Below are positions 16,144 to 24,727 of a stretch of DNA of 64,000 nt, piece by piece. The translations under genes were made by a program, and so were the position numbers. Origin of the DNA: a virus; IMG/VR virus record IMGVR_UViG_3300027747_004417, one strand, 5' to 3'. The notes beneath the pieces were generated by a model, which searched no databases, was not told the origin of the DNA, and worked only from the letters and a program-made list of their open reading frames with translations. The stretch's first letter is position 1. The number at the start of each line of letters is the position of its first letter.

Positions 16144-16814
16144 ATACTTCCTCCTATCACCTCGCTAATCACGGCTTCTATAGTGTTTGAATTAAAGTTG
16201 TTAGAGACTAATATCTCTTTTATTTTTTGTGTGTCAACGCCTCTTTCTATGTTTTCCTTAACCCATTTACTCCACTCAAAAGGCATCAAGTTTCCTTCTG
16301 ATTTAATTTCGTTACCTTCTATTGTTAGTTTGTTTCTTCCATTAAAGTATGAGTCTCCATAACTTACAAAAATTTCTTCTCCCTTTTTTATGGGTCTTTC
16401 TGCTATTACGTCTGCAATCCTGTCTTTTATTTGAAACACCCATCTTGTGTTGGGTGTATCTTGATGGTTGTATACCATTCCGTACCCCATCACCATCAGA
16501 AAGAGTGCACCGTGATTTTCACAATCTTTGCATGGGCATTTATTTGTGTATAGGTAGTCAAAAATCTTTTTGTCTTTATGGTATTTTGTTCTAAAGTCCA
16601 AAATCACCAGAGGGCATCTTTCTATTAGCTCTTGGCTTTCTATATCTTCTGTTGCAAATACACCCCTATAGTGAATTTTAGAATAATCTACTTTTATCTT
16701 TTTTGGTTGAGGAAGCTCTATTGGAGATTCTGATATTTCCTCGTGATTAACGGCTATTTGCTCTTCCTGCTCCACAACCTTACTCGCAGCTTTTAGCTTG
16801 TCTTTTATGTTCAT
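16140..16814 (-). CDS. SET-domain protein lysine methyltransferase
   Basis: RGVFATEDI (motif I), GMVYNHQDTPN (NHxxxPN) and IKKGEEIFVSYGDSYF motifs, with a CPCKDC insert. Confidence 0.9.
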   Translation of the reverse strand: MNIKDKLKAASKVVEQEEQIAVNHEEISESPIELPQPKKIKVDYSKIHYRGVFATEDIESQELIERCPLVILDFRTKYHKDKKIFDYLYTNKCPCKDCENHGALFLMVMGYGMVYNHQDTPNTRWVFQIKDRIADVIAERPIKKGEEIFVSYGDSYFNGRNKLTIEGNEIKSEGNLMPFEWSKWVKENIERGVDTQKIKEILVSNNFNSNTIEAVISEVIGGSI

Positions 16815-16846
16815 TAAAGTGCCTCCTGCTTATTGTAGTATTTCTT

Positions 16847-17725
16847 TTGCCTTTAATAAATACCTGTATGGGAAAAACAGCTATTGCAATTAGAGGGCAC
16901 GAACGCGGTGCCATGACAGACAATGAATTTTCAAATGTTATATTTGAATTGTCAAATAAATATGACGTTGATATATTTTTGCATACATGGAATTTTAGCG
17001 AAGCTTCTTATAGCTGGAGAACAGTTCCCGATGAAAGATTTCACATAACTGAAGAGAAAGTAAAAAGCTACTTTTATAGAAATGAAATAAAGAAGATATT
17101 CGTAGAGGATGATGAAGAAATCGAATTGCACGGCAGAACCCTTGGCAAACTGGGCATAGTTACGGAGATTGCTATTCATCCCCATGATTTGACTAGAATT
17201 TTGCTCAGTGATTTAGGAAGTTGGGCCAAAAGGTGGGACTTAAGTCTTTTGTCTGCTAATCGTGAAAAAATATTTTGTTTTCTTCAATATGGTTGTCCAA
17301 TACTTCCATGGAAAAGAATGTGGCACGGAATATACACAGTTGTAAAGTTTATTAACGAATATGACAAATATGATCTTGTGCTCAATATAAGATTTGATAT
17401 ACTAAGATACAAAAGGTTGTTTAATCCCGGTTCGCCTTTGGTTAACTTTGAAGTTATAGACAAAATGCTGATGGAGTCCAAACCTGGCAACATTTTTACT
17501 TTTAATCGCCCAAGAAAGAGCTCTTGTATAGATAACATTTATACCGCTGAACCGGTTCCACTCCTGATGCTATGTCAGCGTTTTCATTTTAATTTAGATG
17601 ATTTACTTGAGTCTTATAGTCCTGAAGACTGGAATGCTATCCAAGAGCATTTGGTGTTCTTAGAAGCACAAAGAATTAAAGAAGCTATAAAAAATAAAAG
17701 CTTTGATCCCACTTATTTTTTATGA
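16847..17725 (+). CDS. Hypothetical protein, possibly glycosyltransferase-like
   Basis: IAIRGHER, DIFLHTW and YDLVLNIRFD pattern recalled from phage and giant-virus glycan-locus proteins. Confidence 0.4.
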   Translation: MPLINTCMGKTAIAIRGHERGAMTDNEFSNVIFELSNKYDVDIFLHTWNFSEASYSWRTVPDERFHITEEKVKSYFYRNEIKKIFVEDDEEIELHGRTLGKLGIVTEIAIHPHDLTRILLSDLGSWAKRWDLSLLSANREKIFCFLQYGCPILPWKRMWHGIYTVVKFINEYDKYDLVLNIRFDILRYKRLFNPGSPLVNFEVIDKMLMESKPGNIFTFNRPRKSSCIDNIYTAEPVPLLMLCQRFHFNLDDLLESYSPEDWNAIQEHLVFLEAQRIKEAIKNKSFDPTYFL

Positions 17726-18720
17726 AAATAGATATCGAAACTTTAAATCGTTATTACGAAGATGGCCTAGTTTCTAAGAACGAACATCCAGAGTTCCCTT
17801 TGCTTATCTGGAATTACACGCCAAAAACTCAGTATGAAAGATTATGGGACGACATAACCCTCACATGCAGAGCCTTAGTCACTGATTTTTATGGCAATGT
17901 TGTAGCAAAAAGTTTTGATAAGTTCTTTAACATTGAAGAAGAATCTATTCTTCCCAACGAGTCTTTTGAAGTATACGAGAAATTAGATGGATCTCTTATA
18001 ACTATATTTTGGTTTAGAGATCGGTTTGTTGTTGCTTCTAGGGGTTCCTTTTTTAGTGACCATGCCAAAGAAGCACAAGTTCTTCTAAATGAATATGATA
18101 CAAATTGTCTGGATAAAACAAAGTCTTATTCTTTTGAATTAATTGTACCTTGGAATAGAATAGTTTGTAATTATGGTTTTGATCGTAAGTTGGTTCTCTT
18201 GGCTAAGTTTGATGCTGACGGGAATGAATACGATATATCCAAATATAGCCCCTTTTTCACTGTTCCTAAAGTTTTTAATTTTCAAAATCTTAGTTCCATC
18301 AAAAACGTAATTCCTAAAAACGAAGAGGGCTATGTCATAAAGTTTGAAAAAGGAAAGAGGGTAAAGGTAAAAAGCGAATGGTACGTTAATGCCCACAGAC
18401 TGGTTTCTAGTGTTTCTGAAAAATTCATTTTAGAAATTTTGTCCTCCGGCGACACTGCGAATCTTTCCTGTACCTTTGCCCTGTTGCCGGACGAGGTTTG
18501 TGTTTGGGCCGAAGAGACTAAGACTAAATTTGAAAATAGATTTAATCAAATACTTTGTGAATGTAAAAACTCATTTAAGTCCTTTCCATCCAGAAAAGAG
18601 TCAGCTGCCTATTTTAACACTCAAAATTATCCTCATTTATTGTTTGCAATGTTGGACAATCAAAGTATAGATGATATGATATGGAAAATCATTAGATCGG
18701 AGATAAAAAGTGAACTATAA
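17722..18720 (+). CDS. RNA ligase, T4 Rnl1-like
   Basis: KSFDKFFN, YEKLDGSL (adenylylated Lys), SRGSF, SFEL, EGYVI and RVKVKSEWY motifs. Confidence 0.85.
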   Translation: MKIDIETLNRYYEDGLVSKNEHPEFPLLIWNYTPKTQYERLWDDITLTCRALVTDFYGNVVAKSFDKFFNIEEESILPNESFEVYEKLDGSLITIFWFRDRFVVASRGSFFSDHAKEAQVLLNEYDTNCLDKTKSYSFELIVPWNRIVCNYGFDRKLVLLAKFDADGNEYDISKYSPFFTVPKVFNFQNLSSIKNVIPKNEEGYVIKFEKGKRVKVKSEWYVNAHRLVSSVSEKFILEILSSGDTANLSCTFALLPDEVCVWAEETKTKFENRFNQILCECKNSFKSFPSRKESAAYFNTQNYPHLLFAMLDNQSIDDMIWKIIRSEIKSEL

Positions 18721-19144
18721 AAAAATAGTTGAAATAAGCTATGCCTTGGCGGGCAAATGTAGACACAACAAAAGGTGTAAGCATTTTAGTTTTATATTTA
18801 GAAATAAGAGGCTGATTTCTATAGGCATCAACAGTCCTAAAACTCACCCTTTGAACTTAAAATACGATTATGTCAACAAAGAAAAGCACAATATAAGTGA
18901 CATAGTTGGCACCCATTCTGAAATGCGGGCGGTCATAAAGTTAGGTTTAGATGACTATCGTGGTCATACTTTGGTTAACACAAGGATTAATAGGAACCAA
19001 GAGATAGACTATAGCTTTCCTTGCAACGGCTGTATGCAGATGACAAGAGAATTGGGTTTTGAACGTGTGATTTATACAAACAAGTTTGGTGAGTTTGAAA
19101 CTTTAGACCTTAATTCTACTGTTTTTAATATCGTAAGATCTTAA
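18710..19144 (+). CDS. Zinc-dependent cytidine/dCMP-type deaminase
   Basis: HSE...PCNGC motif. Overlaps the ligase stop codon. Confidence 0.75.
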   Translation: MNYKKIVEISYALAGKCRHNKRCKHFSFIFRNKRLISIGINSPKTHPLNLKYDYVNKEKHNISDIVGTHSEMRAVIKLGLDDYRGHTLVNTRINRNQEIDYSFPCNGCMQMTRELGFERVIYTNKFGEFETLDLNSTVFNIVRS

Positions 19145-19753
19145 TTGTGGAATTCTAGTTGTAACAGTTCCCCAATTCTTAATTACCCAACCGACAAATA
19201 CCTTCTCTGCGTTTTGTGGGCCCGTCTCGTCTGTCCTACCGTAGTACTGAAGCTCTAACTCATGAGTTGCCTCGTGAACGATTGTGCTTGCTATTTCTAT
19301 TATTGATTCTATACTGTCTCCAAACTCATTTAAGTATCTATTTATGTTCACATGTATAGTATCTGAAGGCTGCATCTGTCTCTCATCAATATCTGGTACG
19401 TACTTTTTAATCACCGCATTTGGTAGGTTCTGTAGTTTTTGATTTAGCATAAGATCTTTTGGGAATATTAGTCTCATCTTACTTAGTAGTTCGTTACCTA
19501 CAAATCTTTTATTCTCAGAGGACATGTATAGTCCATACGCACCAGCAGAAAGCGGAAGTATGGTGTTTATATTAAGCAAAAGCTTTTTTGCCTCAGGACG
19601 TGCGTTTTTATCCGCTGACCTAGTTTCGTCATAAAGCTGCACTAGTTTGACTGCTAGCTTCGATTTATCGTAAATAGCATCTATTTTAGATTCATCAACA
19701 AACTCTGTGCCCAAAGTATTTTGTTCGAACCACCTACTGAATTCTAAATTCAT
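19103..19753 (-). CDS. Putative HExxH metallopeptidase with capsid-targeting-like N-terminus
   Basis: STIVHEATHELE motif and downstream E..PQNAE. Starts MNLEFSRWFEQ. Confidence 0.55.
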   Translation of the reverse strand: MNLEFSRWFEQNTLGTEFVDESKIDAIYDKSKLAVKLVQLYDETRSADKNARPEAKKLLLNINTILPLSAGAYGLYMSSENKRFVGNELLSKMRLIFPKDLMLNQKLQNLPNAVIKKYVPDIDERQMQPSDTIHVNINRYLNEFGDSIESIIEIASTIVHEATHELELQYYGRTDETGPQNAEKVFVGWVIKNWGTVTTRIPQLRSYDIKNSRIKV

Positions 19754-19998
19754 TTTTTGCCTTTTTGGACTAACTTTATGAATTCACTATCGCTTAAATA
19801 TGTTTTTGGATTTTTAACGATTTTATCAACAAGGTCTTTGCCATCTGCTGATGTTATCTCGTGCCATATCTTTTTTCTAGTTACTACATCGTACTTTCCA
19901 AAGACTTCTTTTATTGCGTCCACCAAATCTATTATGGCTTTGTTTTTATTGCTTGAGCTCTCTTCTTTAATAACCGTCCAATTTTCAAATGTTTTCAT
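19750..19998 (-). CDS. Small protein with capsid-targeting-like N-terminus
   Basis: Starts MKTFENWTVIKEE, with a GAGG RBS. Confidence 0.55.
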   Translation of the reverse strand: MKTFENWTVIKEESSSNKNKAIIDLVDAIKEVFGKYDVVTRKKIWHEITSADGKDLVDKIVKNPKTYLSDSEFIKLVQKGKK

Positions 19999-20188
19999 TT
20001 ATCCTCTTAATTAATGTTTGTCTATAGTTTTTATCTGTTGTCCATTTGAACACGTTTAGCTTCTTTGATTTTGTTTCATTGCTATAATTTTTATTGCCTC
20101 CTCCGACTACATCTTCTCGTTGACAAAAAACCAATGCAAAACATACCGCCAATATAAACAAAAAGCTAGCTATTATTTGATTTCTCAT
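19985..20188 (-). CDS. Small secreted or membrane-anchored protein
   Basis: N-terminal hydrophobic helix. Overlaps the next gene. Confidence 0.45.
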   Translation of the reverse strand: MRNQIIASFLFILAVCFALVFCQREDVVGGGNKNYSNETKSKKLNVFKWTTDKNYRQTLIKRINENI

Positions 20189-20196
20189 GTTAAAAG

Positions 20197-20204
20197 TATA
20201 TATA
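20197..20204. promoter_or_regulatory. TATATATA candidate bidirectional promoter
   Basis: Lies in the 42-bp gap between divergent genes starting at 20188 (-) and 20231 (+). Confidence 0.35.
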
Positions 20205-20230
20205 CATAATAAATCTAATTAGAAGGTCCT

Positions 20231-20551
20231 ATGGCTAATTCCTGCTTAAAAGAAGACGTCCTAAAGGTAGAATGGTTGCTTCTGAAGTGCAGATCTAGCA
20301 ATAAATACGCTCAAAACTTTTATGCCGCCTTGTGCAATAACATTTTTTGTAAATGTGAGCAAGAGTGGAGTTGTTCTTGGAGGGCTTCGGGCGATATTGT
20401 TGCCGAAATGGTTGGAAAAGGCTCCTATTTAGACTGGTATTGTTCGGGTATGTTTCCCGAAAACGGATTTATTGAAGAAGGATCAATAACGTCAGAAATA
20501 TCCAGTGACCTTTTAAACCTTGGATGGACAGCTTGCCATGATAAAATTTAA
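20231..20551 (+). CDS. Conserved hypothetical phage protein
   Basis: YAQNFYAALCNN...WSCSWR..G...Y.DWYCSG pattern recalled from T4-like environmental phages. Confidence 0.6.
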   Translation: MANSCLKEDVLKVEWLLLKCRSSNKYAQNFYAALCNNIFCKCEQEWSCSWRASGDIVAEMVGKGSYLDWYCSGMFPENGFIEEGSITSEISSDLLNLGWTACHDKI

Positions 20552-20714
20552 AGAATGGTTAAACGCACAGTTTAAATCAGAAGGCTTTGTAAGCAAAGGG
20601 AAGGCTCAGAACAGCCTTTTTAGACCAGGCCCCAGAGACATTAAACCAAAGCCAAGAGACGTTAAATTATGTGGCACTGCTGGTGGTCCAGGACCATGCC
20701 AAAGCGGCTCATAA
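20538..20714 (+). CDS. Small protein with capsid-targeting-like N-terminus
   Basis: Start taken at the ATG at 20538 (MIKFKEWLNAQFKSE). Confidence 0.45.
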   Translation: MIKFKEWLNAQFKSEGFVSKGKAQNSLFRPGPRDIKPKPRDVKLCGTAGGPGPCQSGS

Positions 20715-21974
20715 TTTGGTTTCTAGTTTACTTAGCCAACCTCTGGACTTGCTATAAGGCCATATTGTGCAACTTTTTGGTTGGCTTTTTACATTAAGAG
20801 TTACTTCTTTACTCAGCTTTTTAAACAGTAAGATATCTTTATCTTTTTCTTCTGTAAAGTCTTTTCTATATATTTCTTGGCCTTCCTCATCGTGGAAGCC
20901 AAAGTACCAAAAAGAGTAATCATCTGCGTACTCTATTTCTTCTTTAGTCCATGAAACCTCTAACGAGTACTCTGTTAGTTCTTCTGGTTTCTTCTGTCCC
21001 TCCATCTCCTTCTTCCAATCTTCTTCGGTTATTTCACCTTCGAAAGGTGGTGCTCCCTTTGGGATTGCTGGATGCAGTAATTTTTGAGAAAAGTCTACGC
21101 CTGTATAAATTTGATACTGGCTTAAAGTTTTTTCTTTTCCAAGTTCAAACTCGCCCAGGTCTACGCCAGAGTCTTCTATGCCTAGAAGTTGCTTTACTCT
21201 TTTCTTGCTTATTTCGTCTCTTTCCCACCAAGCAAGTTCTATTGTGCCCTTTTCCTTAAGATCATTGGTGTGATCTAGCCAATGTTTCTTTCTTTTATCT
21301 CTGGTGTACTCATGCCAAATTACATTTTTATTGGGATGCAATAGCTTGTACCCCATTGTAAAGCAGCGTGCACTTAATGATATGTCTGTTCCTTCAAAAT
21401 ATATTTCTGGATCATACTTGTATTCTTCGCAGAATGATCCTCTTGTAAACATAAAATGACCGCAAGCAAATCTAGCTGGGATGGGTTTGTCCACTTTATC
21501 CCATTGCATATAATCCGGTCTTAATACGGGCATATCGTTTTCATCGAACCCGGCTATACCCATTCGATAGGGCTCTATATTAAGTTTTTCTCCAGTAGAT
21601 GCTCGATACGCACCAGCGAATGAACTTAATATAGGCTTTTCTTCTCCTGATGCCTCGATCATATTGATTAACAACTCATCCCAATTCTTTTCAAACCTGT
21701 GATGAGAGTCAATCTGTAGCGTGAATTCTTCTCCATCATAAAGTTTTTGAGTTTGAGACTTTGCCCAACCTATTCCTTTGCTTTCTGTCCAATTTACGTC
21801 TATTATTTTAAACTTAGGGTTTATTAAGAACTCTTGTAGATCTTCTTTATCATCATGCTGCCAACAAATACCAAAACTTAGATCATTTGGTCTTTTTGCT
21901 TTTTTGATGCAGTCAACTATTGTTGGTTTTAGTTCTGGATCTCTGTACGACGTAATTTGTACGAATATTCTCAT
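20709..21974 (-). CDS. GT60-family (Gnt1/PF11397-like) polypeptide GlcNAc transferase
   Basis: IFVQITSYRDPEL, GICWQ, SKGIGWAK, LQIDSHHRF, EPEIYF-like DPEIYFEG and WHEY motifs. Confidence 0.85.
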   Translation of the reverse strand: MRIFVQITSYRDPELKPTIVDCIKKAKRPNDLSFGICWQHDDKEDLQEFLINPKFKIIDVNWTESKGIGWAKSQTQKLYDGEEFTLQIDSHHRFEKNWDELLINMIEASGEEKPILSSFAGAYRASTGEKLNIEPYRMGIAGFDENDMPVLRPDYMQWDKVDKPIPARFACGHFMFTRGSFCEEYKYDPEIYFEGTDISLSARCFTMGYKLLHPNKNVIWHEYTRDKRKKHWLDHTNDLKEKGTIELAWWERDEISKKRVKQLLGIEDSGVDLGEFELGKEKTLSQYQIYTGVDFSQKLLHPAIPKGAPPFEGEITEEDWKKEMEGQKKPEELTEYSLEVSWTKEEIEYADDYSFWYFGFHDEEGQEIYRKDFTEEKDKDILLFKKLSKEVTLNVKSQPKSCTIWPYSKSRGWLSKLETKL

Positions 21975-22711
21975 TCATGCACCTGTAGTGAACTTTTTTC
22001 TGATAAAAACACATTCTCGCCAAACGCAAGCTCAAACCATATATTGTATATCCCTACGTCCATATTAGTAGTGTCTATAAAATAATAGGCGTACATCTTT
22101 TCTCTGTAATCCACGAGTTGCCGATCTACTATTAAACGTAAGTCCTGCTCGGTGGGGACACAATCTCCACAAGCAATTTCTATCGATACTCTTAAATCTG
22201 AGACTATGGCAAGGTTTTCGTAGTAGTTTTGTACATCGGCACCTCGTGGTACATTTGGAGATACCTGTATTAGAAGGTATCTCTTTGTTCCTTTTCTAAT
22301 TCTGTTTGGTCTAAAGTTAAAATTAAAGTCATATATTGGTGGTATAGAGGTTGTGAACCAAAGGTCTGGGTATATCTTAAAGTTGTTGGATATTGTCGCT
22401 GTACATAGATCATTATCCTCAAATTTAACAGTCCATTTGTCTACATAATCCCCTATAACATATAGAGGATCCTCAGCAGTGATGGTCAACAAATATTGAC
22501 CTGTGTCTTCTTTTGTTACATCTGTCCCGTTTAATATCTGAATCAGCCTTAAACCTTGAGGATTTTCCTGCGACCTCTCTTGAGGATCTAATACATAAAT
22601 CTCTACTTTTTCTATTTCTTTTACGTCTGTTCTGTTGTTACTGTTATAAGTAAACAACCTTAGATTTATTTCGTCCCCAACTGCTGGATTTTGATATCTT
22701 TCTTTGGACAT
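21971..22711 (-). CDS. Putative structural protein with two Ig-like beta domains
   Basis: The N-terminal domain aligns by eye with the N-terminus of the wedge protein at 51202-54426. Confidence 0.5.
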   Translation of the reverse strand: MSKERYQNPAVGDEINLRLFTYNSNNRTDVKEIEKVEIYVLDPQERSQENPQGLRLIQILNGTDVTKEDTGQYLLTITAEDPLYVIGDYVDKWTVKFEDNDLCTATISNNFKIYPDLWFTTSIPPIYDFNFNFRPNRIRKGTKRYLLIQVSPNVPRGADVQNYYENLAIVSDLRVSIEIACGDCVPTEQDLRLIVDRQLVDYREKMYAYYFIDTTNMDVGIYNIWFELAFGENVFLSEKSSLQVHE

Positions 22712-22714
22712 TTA

Positions 22715-22945
22715 CTACTTTCTCCTAGACTGTGCCCGCTTTCTAGCGTTTTCCATCGCTGCGTTTTCACTTTCCTTTTGCTCTATAAATCTATCAATCA
22801 TCCAACGTCGCATGTTTAGCGGAAGACGCATTGACTTCTCCATATCCAAATGTAAGTGGTATTGGAAGAAGAATACTTCTTCTGCTAGACTTTTCCAGAG
22901 CTCTAGACTTGGCTGACTCCCTTCTTGCGACGCGGGAAGAAAAAA
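22715..22945 (-). CDS. -1 frame extension of the gp26-like chaperone (startless ORF, absent from the track)
   Basis: Reads ...LPASQEGSQPSLELWKSLAEEVFFFQYHLHLDMEKSMRLPLNMRRWMIDRFIEQKESENAAMENARKRAQSRRK*. There is no start codon before residue L31/M33 of the extension, and an in-frame TGA lies just upstream of the slippery site. Confidence 0.7.
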   Translation of the reverse strand, partial: FFLPASQEGSQPSLELWKSLAEEVFFFQYHLHLDMEKSMRLPLNMRRWMIDRFIEQKESENAAMENARKRAQSRRK

Positions 22946-23985
22946 TTTGCTTCAAGCGGCAAGTCTATCGAGAACTCAGCAAAACATGACGGGCAGTTTA
23001 TAGAAATGTTTGTATCAACGCCAAAAGGTGGTTCGTTAATACAGTTTCTTACATAAGAAACATCGCTTATTGGAAGGCTCTTAAGCAATATCTGCAATTC
23101 ATTCTTGTTAGATATGCCATCGATTTCTTCTAAAAGCTCAGCAGTTCTATAGGTTAGAGTATCGTCTGCGGCAGAGTCTCCGAAGGCCTTTACTCTTCTT
23201 TCACGATGATCATTAATATTCTGCTCATCTTGTCCTGTTGACAGTCTATATGAGAATGGCAACTTTGTCGTTGGGAGAGTGTCCTGGAGTACAGGGCCGT
23301 ACTCATCGGGGCAACCTTCTACATAAAGTGAATTTAAATCTATTGTGGTGGAGAACTTTGCTTCGCACTCTGGGCACTTTATTTCAACTTCATATTTTGG
23401 ACTGTAGGATATACCTCTTAGATAAATTAACAGGAAGGTTCTATCAATTGTTAAGAGACCTTCTGGTCTGAACTGACTGCTTTCTTTGATGCACTTAGAA
23501 AAGATCATGTTAATTGCTTGACCCTTTCTAACAAACCTTGGAGTGGCTAGTATTTGTTCTTCTTCACCGGTCATTGGTCTTATGTGAAGGACACCATCAG
23601 ATGGGCCGTTTTCTCCATCATAGAACTTGCCCTTTGAAGGTAGTTGTACTTCCTCATAAACAGCACTAGATCCTTTGATGACCTCAAGAAGCTCCTTTAA
23701 GTGGCCGCTGCTTGCTTCTCTCTTTTCAAAGGAACTCATTTTTGCTTGCTGTGGTCTCTTATTTGTGCTCGTAGTCGTTGGCTCTTCTACGTTTTGTATT
23801 TCGTTTCCGCCTCTTGCCTGCTTTAGTGCTTGTGCAAACTCTGGTGGAACGTTTCCTTGGATGTTAAAGCCGCCAACCTCTGAAGCCTGTGCTCCGTCTG
23901 CACCTTTTCTCATAGATTGTGCTGCTTCCAAATCATTACCTTCTGCGTTATCTGCTCTCTTTGGTCTGAAAGTTTCGTCGGCCAT
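22903..23985 (-). CDS. T4 gp26-like baseplate hub / tail assembly chaperone
   Basis: VQLPSKGKFY, IRPMTGEEEQIL, LLIYLRGISY, KCPEC, CPSC and a terminal NFFF, preceded by a long disordered N-terminus. Confidence 0.75.
   Translation of the reverse strand: MADETFRPKRADNAEGNDLEAAQSMRKGADGAQASEVGGFNIQGNVPPEFAQALKQARGGNEIQNVEEPTTTSTNKRPQQAKMSSFEKREASSGHLKELLEVIKGSSAVYEEVQLPSKGKFYDGENGPSDGVLHIRPMTGEEEQILATPRFVRKGQAINMIFSKCIKESSQFRPEGLLTIDRTFLLIYLRGISYSPKYEVEIKCPECEAKFSTTIDLNSLYVEGCPDEYGPVLQDTLPTTKLPFSYRLSTGQDEQNINDHRERRVKAFGDSAADDTLTYRTAELLEEIDGISNKNELQILLKSLPISDVSYVRNCINEPPFGVDTNISINCPSCFAEFSIDLPLEANFFFPRRKKGVSQV
22939..22945 (-). promoter_or_regulatory. Slippery heptamer T TTT TTC (candidate programmed -1 frameshift)
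   Basis: In-frame X XXY YYZ at codons N347-F348-F349 of the gp26-like gene. Confidence 0.65.
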
Positions 23986-24035
23986 TTTTTCTCCTTTTAT
24001 ACTAGCTTATTTTAAGGTCAAACTAAAATAGTGTC

Positions 24036-24389
24036 ATGGAAATAAATTTAAAAAACGTTGAAGAAATAATTTTTTTCGATAAAAAAATGCCAGAGATTCT
24101 GCCGGAATTCAGGCACTTTCTTGATCAATGGAGACTTGGAAAGACCATACCCGCCCTAGGTGGATTAGGTACAAAAAGTGTACTAGACCTACTCAACTCA
24201 CTGCAGACAGAACACATAAAGAGACTAGAAGATTATTTTGGGACTTCTGTGTTTGTAGATAAGTTAGAGCCTAGCATTGTTAAAAATCATAGTATAAAAG
24301 TTGATGACACACTTTGCGGCTTCACCCAATTTAAGAGCTTTTGTGTTTCTAGAAACAGTAAAGATTTACTTTTGACTTTCTGGCGATGA
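24036..24389 (+). CDS. Hypothetical protein
   Basis: First gene of a run of four overlapping plus-strand ORFs. Confidence 0.55.
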   Translation: MEINLKNVEEIIFFDKKMPEILPEFRHFLDQWRLGKTIPALGGLGTKSVLDLLNSLQTEHIKRLEDYFGTSVFVDKLEPSIVKNHSIKVDDTLCGFTQFKSFCVSRNSKDLLLTFWR

Positions 24390-24727
24390 TGTCTAAAATA
24401 GGAGATGATATGAATTTGTTAATGTTTATATTGAGCACAATTGGATTGACCCACTTGATCGTTGATGGATCAATTTTTGAAGGCTTGAGAGCTTTTATAA
24501 GAAGCACATCCAGCAGATTAAAAGTTGAACATCTAGGAAGAATAGTTGACTGCCACCTCTGTGCAGGAACATGGTGCGGTTTTTTCATGGGCTACGTTTG
24601 GATCTCAAAAGACCCTGTTGAGGTGTTTGCTTGTGGTTGCGCTGGTGCATTCTTAGCAAATTTTGGGGCTTCAGTTATCAATTGGTTAGAGGCAGCAACA
24701 ATAGTCAATCTTCCACAAGATGAATAA
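24386..24727 (+). CDS. DUF1360-like membrane protein
   Basis: Hydrophobic helices with a CHLCAGTWCG (CxxCxxxW) motif. Confidence 0.55.
   Translation: MMSKIGDDMNLLMFILSTIGLTHLIVDGSIFEGLRAFIRSTSSRLKVEHLGRIVDCHLCAGTWCGFFMGYVWISKDPVEVFACGCAGAFLANFGASVINWLEAATIVNLPQDE

Noticed and set aside
22704-22916. 70-aa plus-strand ORF in the track
   Set aside because: It is the antisense of the -1 frame extension, which fits the minus-strand operon and looks more protein-like.
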